Shown one piece after another: positions 10,558 through 23,561 of a stretch of 64,000 nucleotides of DNA. A program made the position numbers and the translations under genes. The notes under the pieces were generated by a model that searched no databases, was not told the origin of the DNA, and saw only the letters and a program-made list of their open reading frames with translations. The DNA is from Azolla caroliniana (taxonomy: Eukaryota > Plantae > Polypodiophyta), in contig JBHGNT010000022.1 of NCBI GenBank assembly GCA_043228905.1, positions 5,766,001 to 5,830,000 of the forward strand, read 5' to 3'. Each line of letters opens with the position of its first letter. Position 1 is the first letter of the stretch.

Positions 10558-13500
10558 TGTATTCCGGTGAGGAGTACGACTGTGTTTGTGGCTAAGTTCT
10601 AGTCCAGGATAAACAATCACTATAGTAGGAGAAAATACACATGATACTCTAAGGCAACAACCTTAAGCTCCTCTTCATCTAGGGACGGTTATAGAGTACG
10701 ACACTCACATACTCTCTAATTACACACTCTTATACACTAGTTACAATGCTAACACTCTCACCATAATGATTTTCCCTAGATGTATTTATACTAATACATG
10801 ATGTGGGCTTTTTACAAATATGGTCTACCTTAGGCGCACCAAAACATATTTACAAATATGTTCACTTCCAGATACCTCTCCGAATCCAACCGGATGCCTT
10901 CTGGCCGGTCTGGCTCCAAGTCTGGTCTCTATCTCCTTCGGACCTATCCGATCCAGTTCTCAAACTTCGGACTCCAATCCGCCTCATGCTCACCCCATCT
11001 AGAGGGACCTATTTCCTAACAAACTCCCCCTTCACTCCGGTGTGGGGTACTTCGTAAATCCGGTGTGGGTTAAACGAGAGTGTAAAGAAGGGGATGATTA
11101 CTTTTTGAAAGACAGATATGCGTAGAAACGTATGTGAGGACCTGTCGGTTATGCTCAGCAAACAACACAGAGGGAAGGCAAGAAGATATAGACAAATGAT
11201 AGATACACACAGATAAAGCTTTAATGTAAGCTCTCTTTATTTCTGTTCTCTATTCTCTTTCTCTCTCTCTCTCTCTCAGAGACTCGATGTACAGGATGAT
11301 CAAGTGATCTCTCATTTACAACGTTAGGTTATTGCTTATATACTAAGCCCTAACTATATGGACGAGTTCACACTAGGATACAAAGTGGAAGGAGTCGGCC
11401 TTTTATGCCAACAAACTCCCCCATAAAAGGACTACTCTTTCCTACATGTAGATGTGTTTGGGATTGTCTCCCCCGTAAACCTAGATTACAACACTAATCT
11501 AGATTTATGTTACAAGTCGGTCGGCATAGGTGAGATCCGTGTCGATCCTAGCATGAGTCATTATCATGATTGATTCTGTCGACTCTTACCTTTTGCTCCT
11601 CATTTGGCTTTCTTCTGCTCAGTTGCTTGTTGCAGTCCCATCTTTGTCCTTAGTGCTCCGAAGCGTTGATCTGGGAGTAACTTTGTCAGGCAATCAACGA
11701 TGTTCACCTCAGTGTCGATCTGCCAGACTTCAAGCCTCTTCTCAGTTATAAGCTCCCGGATGTGATGATACCGTACCTCAATGTGCTTCATCTTTGCGTG
11801 ATAGACGGGATTGTTAATGAGGCGAATTGCGCTCTACGAGTTGCAATAGATGGTCACCGTTGGTCAGTCGATTCGGCTTGTAGATGAGAAGTTGCTAGAC
11901 AGTCGGTGCAGTTAGATCGCTTCCTTCGCTGCCTCCGATGTTGCTTATACTCGGCCTCTGTGGTCGACAGGGCCATGCACTCTTGAAGCTTCGACCTCCA
12001 TGATATCGCACCGCCAGCATAGGTGAAAATATAGCATGATGTTGACTTCCGATTGTCCGTATTTCCGGCATAATCAGAGTTAGTGTAGCCTTCGCTTTCG
12101 GCTAAGGTTGTCAAACCGAAAGTCAGTTGTGTATCTTCGGTCCCTCTGAGGTACCTGAAGATGTGCTTGACAACCTCCCAATGCTTCTGCCCTGGGTTTG
12201 ACATGTACCGACTGACCACTCCTACGGCATAGGCTAGGTCGGGTTGGGTTGCCACCATCGCGTACATGATACTTCCTATGGCCGATGCGTAGAGCATCTT
12301 TCCATTAAGCTCTCTCTCCTTGTCCGTTGAAGGAGAGCCTCTGTTCGATAGTCGGATCGATGTCGGAAGCGGTGTTGGTGCTGGCTTCGCATTCTGCATG
12401 TTGAAGTGCCTCAACACCTTCTGGATATAGTCGGACTGGGAGAGTCAGAGAGTCCTGGTCGTCCGATTTCGCTCGATCCTCATGCCCAGTATGTGACGGG
12501 CTTGACCGAGTTCCCTCATCGCGAACTTGTCGTGAGGCTCCGCTTTAGCTTTCCGATCTCTGCTCGATTGCTTCCTGCAATCAACATGTCGTCGACATAT
12601 AGGATTAGATAAATCCTAGACTCATCGGCCAATTGTCGAACATACATACATGGGTAGGAGTCGGATCGACAATATCCAAGTTGCTTGATGTAGGAGTCGA
12701 ACTTCTGGTACCAAATCCTCAACGCTTGTTTCAAGCCATAGAGACTTTTCTTCAATCGACATACAAGGTGACTTTCCTCCCCCATGCCGTGAAGCCTGCC
12801 GGTTGAGACATGTAGATATCTTCTTCAAGATCTCTGTGTAGGAATGTTGTCTTTACATCCAGCTGCTCTAGCTCTAGGTCTTTTGTCGCCACAACTCCTA
12901 GTAAGAGTCGGAGGGTGGTCATCTTGACTATTGGTGAGAATATCTCGTTGTAGTCGACCTCATGTTCTTGTTTGAACCCTTTCATGACAAGCCGAGCTCG
13001 TCCAGTTCTATTGGCCTTCAAGCTAATCCAGATCTCTTGAGTGCCGAGATAAGTGGTTCAGATTCTTCGATCGGCTCTATTGGGTGATCAGTATTTGTTG
13101 AACCATTTGTGTCATGAGTCTTGTTAGGTGACTTGCCCCCAAGTCGGGATTTCGGTGGTGTCACATTGTCCTCCCCCATGGACTCTGTCGACTTGGTTCT
13201 GTTTCCTACTCGCATCTTGTAGACTTTTCCTTCTTCGACTCTTGTCAAATTGGCTCTGTCTTTGATGGATTTGTCTTTGAGTTTGACTAGTGGACTTCCT
13301 ACTGATTCGGAGTCAGCAGGTATGTTGTCGGCTTGGTCGAGTTCGACTGTTTGTCGAATCTCTGAGTTGGCCCAGTGGGTCGGTCCTTCTGTTAGACAGG
13401 TATTGCTTGAAGGCTTTGGAGGTATATTCGCCTCTGTTGTTAGATCAGAGTGTCTTCACTCTAGGTCTCGACCAGTTCTCCAATTCAGATGTCCATCGAG

Positions 13501-14602
13501 TGAAGACCTCGAGCACTTCGTCTTTGGACCTGATCAAGTAGGCCCAAACCTTCCGTGTATAGTCATCTACAAAGGTGATGAAGTATCGGGAGCCTCCTAG
13601 TGATCGCTTTGGCATGGGCCCACATATATCTATATGCATGAGCTCTAGGGGCTTTCGTACTGTCTCGTAGTGGAGAGCGTGTAGACTTCGGGTCTGTTTC
13701 GCGTATCGACAATGCTCGCAGAAGTCCGTCTTTGCTTGGAGTTTAGGGATGTAGCCAACCGCCATCAGCCGATCAAGTTCGGCTTGAGACATATGGCCAA
13801 GTTTGCCATGCCATGGGTTTGGGTCAGTCTTTTCAGCTACGTTCACGGCCCCTTCTGGATTGATCACCATTAATGGGTACAAGTTATTGTACTTGTGCCC
13901 GCCTCCTATCTGTTAGGAAGATGTCCCTCTAGTGGGAGGAGCCGACTGTTCGGGCCAAGCACCGATGGTTGAAGATTCCACTGCAAGGAAATCGATTGTG
14001 AGAGTTGACCGGGTGAGTCAACAGAAAGGAGATCTAGGTCAAAGACGCAACCGACTAGTTGGGCTGACTAGATGGTCGATGACCAGGCTAACTAGTCGGA
14101 CCGACTGGACAGTTGATCCTAGAGTCGGTTGATAGCTACTTATTATTATTATAGATAATAATAGTAGTGATGTATAGTAGGGGCTACATTTGTAAATAGA
14201 AAATATTGTGTATTAGTATAAATACACCTAGGGCAAACGTTATAGTGTGGTTACGAGAACAGTTTGTGATTCTCTATTGTAGCGAGCGATAGAGAAGTAT
14301 GAGAACAAGAGGAGAGAGAGTGAGCGGCGCCATAGTTGTGTTTTGTAACAACATACTCCAAGAGCCCTACGAGGTTGTTTACACTCTGTAGAGAGTGTTG
14401 TAATCTGATATCATTGTTGTATATCCATTGTATAGTGAAGTTCCGTTCTCCGTGGTTTTTCTCTCGTTTTAGGGTTTCCACGTCAAATCTGAGCACCACT
14501 ATTTTCTTGTGTTACCTAACTATGTATTTTAGCATATCTCTTTTTCTTGTGGATTGACGATTCATTTCATAACAAATTGGTATCAGAGCTTGAGGTGCAA
14601 GC

Positions 14603-17600
14603 ATGGAAGGAGGTGTGAGTGGCTTCCTAGGAATGATAGTTCTAAAACTCTCAGAACTATGCATACTGGAAGATAAAGATGGAGGACCTTCTCAAAGTCA
14701 AAGACCTGTACGAGCCGATCGACAGAGCAGAAATACCCATAGGGGTATTAGAGTCGGAATGGAAACTTCTTAAAAAAAAGGCGGTGGCCACCATTTGATA
14801 GTGCGTCGATGTAAGTGTCCTTCAACATGTAGCGAACGACACAAATACCCACGAGATGTGGTAGAACCAGTCAAGTCTATATGATAGGAAGAACACCCTC
14901 AATAAAACCTCACCGATGAGAAAGATTGTACGACTGAAATACAGAGACAGTAAGAGCATCGTCGAACACATCAACACATTCATGGGGTATGTAAATCAAC
15001 TTGTTGCAACCAAGTTTCCCCTTGATGATGCAATGAAGGCCATCTTGTTGATGTGCACACTACCAGATAGCTGGGAGAACCTGGTGGTTACTCTCAGCAC
15101 CTCCTGTCAAGAAGAGAACTTGCCTTTACAAGCGGTGAAGACAAGCATCCTGAATGAGGAAGTGAGAAGGAAGGACAAGGGTGTCCTAGTCCAGTCGGAG
15201 TCAAATTTGACTCAACAAATCGGTAGAGGAAGGAACCGACAAAGAAGTCCACCAAGGAGAGAAAAGTCTCAAGCTAGGTCAAAGTCCAGAGGAAAGCTCG
15301 TGTGCTTCTATTGTGGAAAACTTGGACACTTCCAGAAGGACCGCCGACACATGAGGAAGGACAAAGGTGTCGGTAATGGTGTCAAACCCAGGAAGATTCC
15401 TAATGAAAAGGGCACTTCAATCATTGCTACAAGCAATGAAGAACTTCTATTCATCTGTGAATAGACAAATGCAAACCTAGCGAGTGAGGAATGCACTTAG
15501 GTGATTGACTCTAGTGCATCTTTCCATATAACTCCGTCGAGAGAGTATTTCTTGACTTACATAGTTGGGGATCATGGTTATGTAAAGATGGGTGACAATG
15601 GGGAGTGCAAGATAGTCGGAGTCGGAAGTGTTTGCCTGACGATGTTGACAGGGTGTCGGTTAACTCTAAAGAATGTTTGACATGTCCCCGATATCAGACT
15701 GAACCTGATATCTACTGGAAGACTAGATGACGAAGGCTACAATGGTATCTTTCGGAATGGTAAGTGGAAGTTCTGCCGTGGAAACCTCATAGTGGTCCGA
15801 GCACAGAAGGAAGGCACATTGTATATGATGCAAGCCCAACTGAGCAAGTCGGAGGTGAATGTGGCAGCTGACTTGGCAGGACAGATATGGCATAAGAGGC
15901 TAGGCCACATGAGTGAGAAGGGACTGCATCTGTTGGCTGACTAGAAGCTTCTACTAGAAGTAAAGGGAGTGCACCTGGAGAAGTTCCTCGATTGCTTAGT
16001 CAGAAAGCAGAATAGAGCAGCATTCCACACACAGCCACCAAGAAGAAGAGAAGCTGCACTGGAACTAGTACACACAAATGTGTGTTATGTAGATGCTCCG
16101 TCACATCGAGGCGGACAATACTTTGTGACTTTCATTGACGACTACAGTCGGAAGTTGTGGGCTTTTGTACTAAAGTCAAAGGATCAAGTATTGTCATTTT
16201 TCAAGGAGTTCCAGGCAAGGGCTGAATGGGAGTCAGGTTGGAAGTTGAAGGCTGTCCGAACTAACAATGGTGGCGAATATAAAGGGAAGTTCGAGGAATA
16301 CTGCAAGGACCAAGGTATTTGAATTGAATACACAATACCGAAGACCCCTGAGTTGAACGGGCTTGTAGAGAGGATGAACTAGACAATCATGGAGAGAGTA
16401 AGGAGTTTGATGTCGCATGCTAAACTACTGAAAATATACTGGGTTGAGGCGATGTACACGGTTGTTTATCTTATCAACAGGTCCCCCTCAGTATCGTTGA
16501 AAGGTGATGTCCCACAAAGGGTGTGGACATGAAATGATGTCTCCTACCAACATCTAAGGGTGTTCGGATGCCTAGTGGCTAAGCATCAGATGTCAAAGCT
16601 CAACAATAAGTCGAAAGCATGCATATTCATGGGATACTCGGAAGATGAGTTCGGTTATAGGCCATGGGACCTAGTCGACAAGAAAGTAGTGAGGAATCGG
16701 GATGTAGTCTGCTTGGGGTCTGGAAGCAACAGAAATCGGAATTGACTACCTAGTCAACCCCTACTACTGTCGACTTGAGGCCAAGCGAACCGACACAGTC
16801 GGTTGTTCGGAGATAGTCAGTTGGCACAACCGAATCCTAATCGGTTGACTCAGAGAAACCGACTGACTATGAGTATGATTTTGCTGAGTTGTTAAGATCG
16901 ATCGAGGAATACAAGCAAAGAGGAGAGTCGGTAGAGACGCCCGAATGAGAGTCGACAACGAGTGGAAGGAGATACCCACTCAGAGAAAGGAGAGCACTGA
17001 CAACATATGCCAGTCAATACATCCTCTTGACTGATGAAGGTGAGCCAGAATGCTATGATGAAGCCATTGCCGATGAACACAGAGAGAAATGGCTGAACGC
17101 GATGCAAGATGAGGTGGACTCCTTGCACGCAAACTACACCTATGACCTAGTAGAATTATTGAAAGGTAAGAGAGCACTCCGAAACAAATGGGTCTACAAG
17201 GTGAAGATTGGAGAAGTCGACAATGCATCTAGGTATAAAGCCCGCATTGTGGTGAAGGGTTTCCAACAGAAAAAGGGCGTCGACTTTGACGAAATATTCG
17301 CTCCAATTGTGAAGATGACATCCATTAGAACTGTTCTAAGCATAGCTGCCAGCAAGGATCTAGAGATCGAATAGTTGGATGTCAAGACAACATTCTTGCA
17401 CGGGGAGCCGAATGAAGAAATTTACATGCAGCAGCCGGAAGGCTTTGTGGAGAAAGGGAAAGAGAATCTGGTGTGTCGACTTAAGAAAAACTTGTATGGG
17501 CTGAAACAAGCTCCACGCCAATGGTACAAGAAGTTCGAATCCTTCATGGTGGAACATGGGTTCCAGAAAACACAGGCTGATCATTGTGGGTTCATCAAAA

Positions 17601-18639
17601 GGTACGACGAAGGTGACTTCTTGATTCTCTTGTTATATGTAGATGACCTCGGGTGTGTGTCTTAAGTATGGTGTCGAACGGACATGTCAGGGGATGTAGA
17701 CTCAAGACGATCCACGTCAGGGTACGTGATGACCTATGCAGGGGGAGTAGTGGCGTGACAATCACGACTGCAGAAGTTTGTGGCCTTGTCGACCACAGAG
17801 ACAGAGTATATGACAACGGTAGAGGCCGACAAGGAGCTGATTTGGATGAGAAACTTTCTCAGCAAGTTGGGGATGAAGCAAAAGGATTTCTTGCTTCACT
17901 GTGACAGCTAGAGTGCCATACATCTGGCCAAGAATGTTGCATACCACTCCCGAACCAAGCACTAGCAATGGGCACAGTTTCAGTTCAAACCGAACCGAAC
18001 TGTTAAGCCATGGTTTAATGGTATATTGGTTCCAAAAATATTTAATGGTTTGGATTTTCGATAAACGGTTCTGTTTCGGTTCGGTTCGGTTCTAAAACTC
18101 GGGTTTATAGGTTTATAGGTTTATACGTTTTTGGTTAACTTTTGTTTTACTTTAATAGTTTATTGATTTAATGGTTTAATTAATGGTTTTTTATTGATTT
18201 AATAAATTTATCTTAAATGCTTATTTAATTTAATGTATTTTTGTTTATTTGGATGTTTAATTAGTTTTATTTAAGTGGTTAGGTTTAAATTTTTTATTAA
18301 ATGGTTCGGTTTGGTTTCAACTTTTCCTTAAACGGTTTGGTTTAAAATGGTTTGGTTTCAATACTGAGAGTTCATAAACGGTTTGGTTTGGTTTTTGTTT
18401 TAAATAAACGGTTCGGTTTCTTTGCCTTGAAATTGAACCGAACCGCACCCATTGCTACCAAGCACATACAGAGAAGGCATCACTGGTTGCGGGAGAAAGT
18501 CGAAGAAGGATAGTTTACCCTCATGAAGATTCATACTGATGACAATGGATCTGACATGCTGACAAAGAACCTACTGATGGACAAGCTCAGAGTCTATCGA
18601 CAAAGGACAGGAATAACGGACTCCTCCCCACAGGAGTGA
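14603..18639 (+). pseudogene. Copia B gag-pol pseudogene (RT deleted after YVDD; MITE in RNase H)
   Basis: ORFs 14916-15464 (Gag + CCHC), 15969-16322 (INT), 17027-17665 (RT); many TAG stops. Confidence 0.92.
17963..18457. mobile_element. Non-autonomous hAT-type DNA transposon (MITE), 495 bp
   Basis: TIRs TAGCAATGGG...CCCATTGCTA extending imperfectly to ~25 bp; 8-bp TSD CCAAGCAC (17955-17962 and 18458-18465); subterminal AACCG/CGGTT repeats; AT-rich core. Confidence 0.93.
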
Positions 18640-21600
18640 AGGGGGATTTTGTTAGGAAGATGTCCCTCTAGTGGGAGGACCTGACTGTTCGGGACGAGCA
18701 CCGATGGTTGAAGAGTCAACTACGAGGAAATCGAATGTGAGAGTTGATTGGGTGAGTCAACAGAAAGGAGATCCAGGTCGAAGATGCAACCAACTAGTCG
18801 AGCCGACCAGATGGTCAATGACCAGGCCGACTAGTGGGTTTCCACGTCAAATCTAAGCACACTATTTTCTTGTGTTACCTAATTGTGTATTTTAGCAATC
18901 TCTTTTTCTTGTGGATTGACGATTCATTTCTTAACACTATCTTCTGGTTTCCTTGGTTGATCATCCATACCGACTCACTTAGAGTCGTTTTGTACCCGTC
19001 TTCAGCTAGCATGCCGATGGAGACCAGACTCCTTTGCCGAACTCGGTGGAGGGCAATCATGTTGCCATTGGGCAATCGAATGGGAACTTCTCCGGTCCCT
19101 ACGATTTTGCACTCCTGACCGTCACCTGGTCAAACTGTGCCGTTGGCATCAGCTGAATAGTTCGCAAACCATTCAATGTTGGGGGTCATGTGGAAGGTGG
19201 CACCGGAATCCAGTAGCCACGTGTGTGCATCATGTGCAATGTAGAGGACTTCTCCGATCATCGAGTCCTCTAAAGAAAGGATTTCTCCTGATCGGGTGTT
19301 GGCAACGTTGATTTGGTTGCCTACTAGAGAGTGGTCTGAGTCGGGTCGTCCTCTATTTCGCTTGGATCACTCACCACTCTCTTTCCTCTTGATTGACCAG
19401 CAGTCGAAAACATTGTGGCTAGCTTTTCTGCAGTGTGTGCAGAATTTGCTGGATCAGCCTGTTCTCGACTTCGACCGTTGTCGGTCTCCCCTCATTTTTG
19501 ATCGGTTGGTATTCCGACCGGTTCTGTCGGCTTGTTCTCTTGTTCAACTTTGTCGGTCGAATGACTCGATTGAGTGATGGGCTTCTGCCGATTCATCAAT
19601 GGTAAGGCCCATCGATTTTCGCCGAATGTCCTCGGTGAGGACTTGGATGATCGTCTCATCCAGATTTACGATCGGTCGGCTATTGGCATATGTCTTGCAG
19701 AATACCTCTCAACTCGCCAGCAAGCTTGATAGGAGGGCAAGGGCTTTCACTTCTTCTTCGAAGTTGATCCCTTGTGAGGAGAGTTCTGACAACACCCGAC
19801 TGAAGGTGTTGATTTGAGAGGTAGCCCGATTAGTCTCTCTCATCTTCATGTTGAACAATTGTTTGATCAAGTTCAGTTTTGAAGATGAGGACTTTTTCTC
19901 GTGCACGGCTTGTAGTGTCTCCCATAATGAGAATTTTGTCGTCTCTTTTGCCATGTTGAAGTAGACGTTTTCGACTAGGTGCATTCGAATGGTGGAGCGT
20001 GCGATTTCATCCATTGATCTCCACTCATCGGTTGACATTGAAGCAGGCTTTTCGGAGTGTCGAATGGCCTCGGCCTGTCTTCGAATAATCAGTACATCCT
20101 GCATCATCTCCTTCCATAGGGCAAAGTTTTTGCTGTCGAATTTTTGGATCTCAACCCATGTACCGGATGTTGATGCCATGATTCTTTTGAAAGTGAGATT
20201 TGCTAGCCTGGTCTTTTTTTTTTTCTTTCAACCCTTTTTTTTTGTTGTTTGTTGCCGCCGAGCCGCGGATCACTCTGATATGGGCGGAAACGTATGTGAG
20301 GACCTATCGGTTATGTTCAGCAAACAACACAGAGGGAAGGCAAGAAGATATAGACAAATGATAGATACACACAAATAAAGCTTTAATGGAAGATCTCTTT
20401 ATTTTTGTTCTCTCTCTCTCTTAGAGACTCGATGTGTAGGATGATCAAGTGAACTCTCCTTTACAACGTTCGGTTATTGCTTATATACTAAGCCCTAACT
20501 ATATGGACGAGTTTACACTAGGATACAAACTGGAAGGAGTCGACCTTTTATGTCAACACTTTGAATCCTCGGGATTGAGACAACCCATTAGGCCAAGTGT
20601 GAACTTGCCTGGGGGCCTTGGGTCTCGCTATAAATATGAGGCCTACCTACCCCCATTTCATAATCTCTTGACTACGTCGAGACTCTGTTTCGTGGTGGGT
20701 CAACTCTTGTCGCGAGTGTGCCAACACCTGGTACGAGTCAACGGCACAACGGTGGTATGGGACACCGATTGAGGCTTAAGTCTGTCTTGATCCCTTCGCT
20801 CGGGGGAGGTTGAGTGGATCGGCACCCTTCTTTCTCTCTCTCCTTTCTTATTTCATATATATTATATCCTTATCATATGCTTACATTAGATCATCACTCT
20901 AACATGTATCTCCTCTGGATATGCTTACTCCTAGAGTGGTAGGATGCATTATTTGCAAGGTGGATGGCACTTTGGCAGAATTCCTCTTGCTAAATCCCTA
21001 AGTCACCGATAAAGTCCTTCATCCAAATGATCTCCTTGCTGGCTTCCATAGCAGCCATGTACTCCGCTTCTGTGATCAACAACGCCACAACCTTTTGCAA
21101 CCTCAATTGCCATGAGATGACTCCCCCTACATATTTCATTACATACCTAGACGTGGACTGGCTGGTATTTGTGAAGATTTAGATCGTAGATCTGTGAGAA
21201 AGAATGACTAAAAACACAGAATGCATAACAGAAAACAACGAAAGACACAATACACAATATTTTATGTGGAAACCCTAAATGGGGGAAAACCATGGGCATC
21301 AGAGAATCACTATATCATAGATATACAAGAAGGAACATATTACAACACTCTATGTATAGAGTGTATCAGCCACATAGGGCTCTTGGCGTCTGCTATCACA
21401 CAACTATGGTGCCGCTCACTCATGTGCTCTCACGTCTCTCTCTTCCACTCACTCTGTTGTGCTCACACATCTACAACAACACACACTACATCGCACACAC
21501 TATGTTTGCCCTAGGTGTATTTATACTAATACACAATATGGGCTATTTATAAACATATGTTATTATTATTATCAATAATAATAGTAATATGTTAATCAAC

Positions 21601-22054
21601 CGACTAATTGACTAGTCGACTCCTATGCTAGCTATCCGATCAGCCCGACTAGTCGACCTTGTCTTCAACCATCCGGTTGGCCCGACTAGTCATTCTTGTC
21701 TTCAACTTGGATCATCTATTTCCTTATGTTGTCGACTCTCCATGTCCAGTCTTTCTTCATCATCGACTGTCTGCTCCTCCTTGGCCCGATTAGTCAGCTC
21801 TCGACTGTCGGATCCTCCTTGGCCCGACTAGTCGGCTCCTCCCATTGGAGGGACATATTTCTAACAAACTCCCCCTTCACTCCTATGGGGAGGAGTTGAT
21901 TGTTCCAGCTTTCTATCGACAGACTCTGAGTCTATCCATAGGTAGGTTCTTGGTGAGCATGTCGGATCCATTATCATTAGTATGTATCTTCATGAGGGTA
22001 AACTCTCCTTATCCACTTTCTCTCGCAACTAGTATTACCTTCTGTGTATGTGTT

Positions 22055-22224
22055 TGTTATAGGTTTAGGGTTAGGGATGACGATTATGATGATAATAGCG
22101 TAGTGATAGGGATGGAGATGGCGAAGATGTTGAGAAGCATTGTGGGGTGGGGTGGTGCCTAGAATGGCTCCACCCCCCTCCCAAGGGGGTTCAACATAAG
22201 GGAAGAGAGAGAGAAAGAGAGATG

Positions 22225-22278
<54 letters not shown>

Positions 22279-23176
22279 TATTTCTTTTTTTCATTCATTC
22301 CCCATAAGGGGTTAAATAGTTACAAAAGGGTAGATACATAGGGGTGCAAGCCCCCTTGGTCATTCACACTAATCACTCACTCACACCTCTTCTTATCTGT
22401 CCACATGCACACACGTGTGCATGTGTTCACATACATATCTACTCACACTCACAATTACACTTACACATTGAAACATACACATCAACAACATTATAGTCTT
22501 CCACCCTCGCTCATCACACTCGACTCTCCGTACATGTCGTTGTCGTGAAGATTTTCGGCAACGGTGTGAAAATAGTGTGGAACAAACAAAATCAAGAAAG
22601 TGTAATGTGTACTCAAACATTTGTAAATAAAATAAGACTAAAGCCTAATAACCTTTGAGTCCATACAAAGGGGTGCAAGCAAGGCTTGAACCTTGCACCT
22701 CCATGATAAGAGACGAATTAACTTACCACTAAAGCCACTACTAAGTGCTTTAGATTTTGTATATTTTCTTTTGATATTCAATATTTCGTAGGAAGCAAAC
22801 ATATAAAAACCGTGGGCACAAAACCATGGTTTTAACCCATGGTTTTAGCCCATGGTTTTTGCATGGAGAGACCTATAAAAGCCTATAGTGGGGCTTGTGT
22901 AAGAGGGAAGTGATGTAAGTGAAAAAAAAACTTTTAATCAAAGATTTGAGTTATCCTAATGGTGATGTATCTTGTCTCGTAAAACTAAAGTCAAGGGTTC
23001 AATCTCTATCTAAATCACTTTCTCTCTCTCTCTCTCTCTCTTCATCCATATATCTATCTTCAATACTTTCTCGCTTACGCTGCTAAAAACATCGAATCCT
23101 TCCGGTCCAGGACCCCAGTGGTCCCGCTTCATTTCGCAAACACATGAGGATTTCCTCGACATCGTACGGTAATAAC
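22055..23176. repeat. Probable solo LTR containing a (GA)n tract, inserted into the RNase H of Copia E
   Basis: Ends (T)GTTAT...ATAAC; GTTT duplicated on both sides; removing it restores TKHIHRR; (GA)n at 22204-22276. Confidence 0.55.
22541..23161 (-). repeat. Solo LTR (TGTCG...CGACA family) with a 4-bp TSD
   Basis: TCGT on both flanks; reverse complement resembles 46327-46963 (GACCAC.GGGGTC.TGGAC, AACCATGG repeats, GCCGAAAATC.TCACGACA). Confidence 0.85.
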
Positions 23177-23561
23177 GTTTGGTCTGGGAGTGGTAAGTAG
23201 TGTTCTTGGCATAATGAAGTAAGAATTCTTTTTGCTTCATTCCCAACTCACTGAGAAATTGTTTCATCCATATCAGCTCCTTGTCGGCTTCTACTGGGGC
23301 CATATACTCTACCTTTGTGATCAACAAGGCCATAGAATTTTGCAGTCTTGACTGCCATGACATTGCTCCCCCTGCATAGATCATCATGTAACCTGATGTG
23401 GATAAGCTTGAGTCTACATCCCCCAACATGTTTGAGTTGGTAAACCCTTTGAGCATAGGTTTTCCGACACCATACTTGAAGCACAACCCTGAGGTGCCTT
23501 TCAAGTACTTGAGTATCCACTTGACTGTTGCCCAGTGTTCTCTTCCTGGATTACTCATGTA

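Larger units (their letters stand above)
13911..18936 (+). mobile_element. Copia B, full-length but degenerate; LTRs 13911-14574 and 18650-18936 (the latter with a ~380-bp internal deletion)
   Basis: Perfect TSD CTATC (13906-13910 and 18937-18941); PBS TGGTATCAGAGC at 14578-14589; PPT at 18633-18646. Confidence 0.95.
11600..20179 (-). pseudogene. Copia D gag-pol pseudogene, interrupted by 13911-18936
   Basis: Gag 19709-20179 (IQKFDSKNFALWK), PR LLDSGAT near 19200, INT 13445-13882, RT 12516-13021 (LYVDDML), RNH 11600-12417. Confidence 0.9.
11106..20558 (-). mobile_element. Copia D (Tork-like), degenerate with internal deletions; LTRs 11106-11413 and ~20278-20558
   Basis: TSD CTTTT/CTTTG; PPT at 11414-11422; Met-PBS remnant CTCTGATA at 20273-20280 with a GATA-bounded deletion of the LTR end. 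Confidence 0.9.
11063..20904 (+). repeat. 5'-truncated solo LTR of the chromovirus family at 25696, split by Copia D
   Basis: 11063-11105 joined to 20559-20904 reconstitutes a sequence similar to LTR 25696-26149 (GAGTGTAAAGAAGGGG..ATTACTTTT|AATCCTCGGGATTGAG...CTCTAACA). Confidence 0.85.
10558..21169 (-). mobile_element. Copia C remnant (3' LTR ~10558-11021, PPT, RNase H end to 11062, RNase H 20905-21169), split by nested insertions
   Basis: TAACA|AACTCCCCCTTCACTCC is the reverse of PPT+LTR; ...GFTKYPTPE* on the minus strand at 11031-11062; RNase H (AEYMA, HLA, HIQRRY) at 20905-21169; left LTR end is approximate. Confidence 0.7.
21170..23561 (-). mobile_element. Copia E 3' remnant: 3' LTR 21170-21866, PPT, RNase H
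   Basis: CTAACA|AACTCCCCCTTCACTCC; RNase H/RT tail YMSNPGREHW...SWQSRLQ...AKNTTYHSQTK at 23178-23561, continuing at 21880-22054. Confidence 0.85.
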
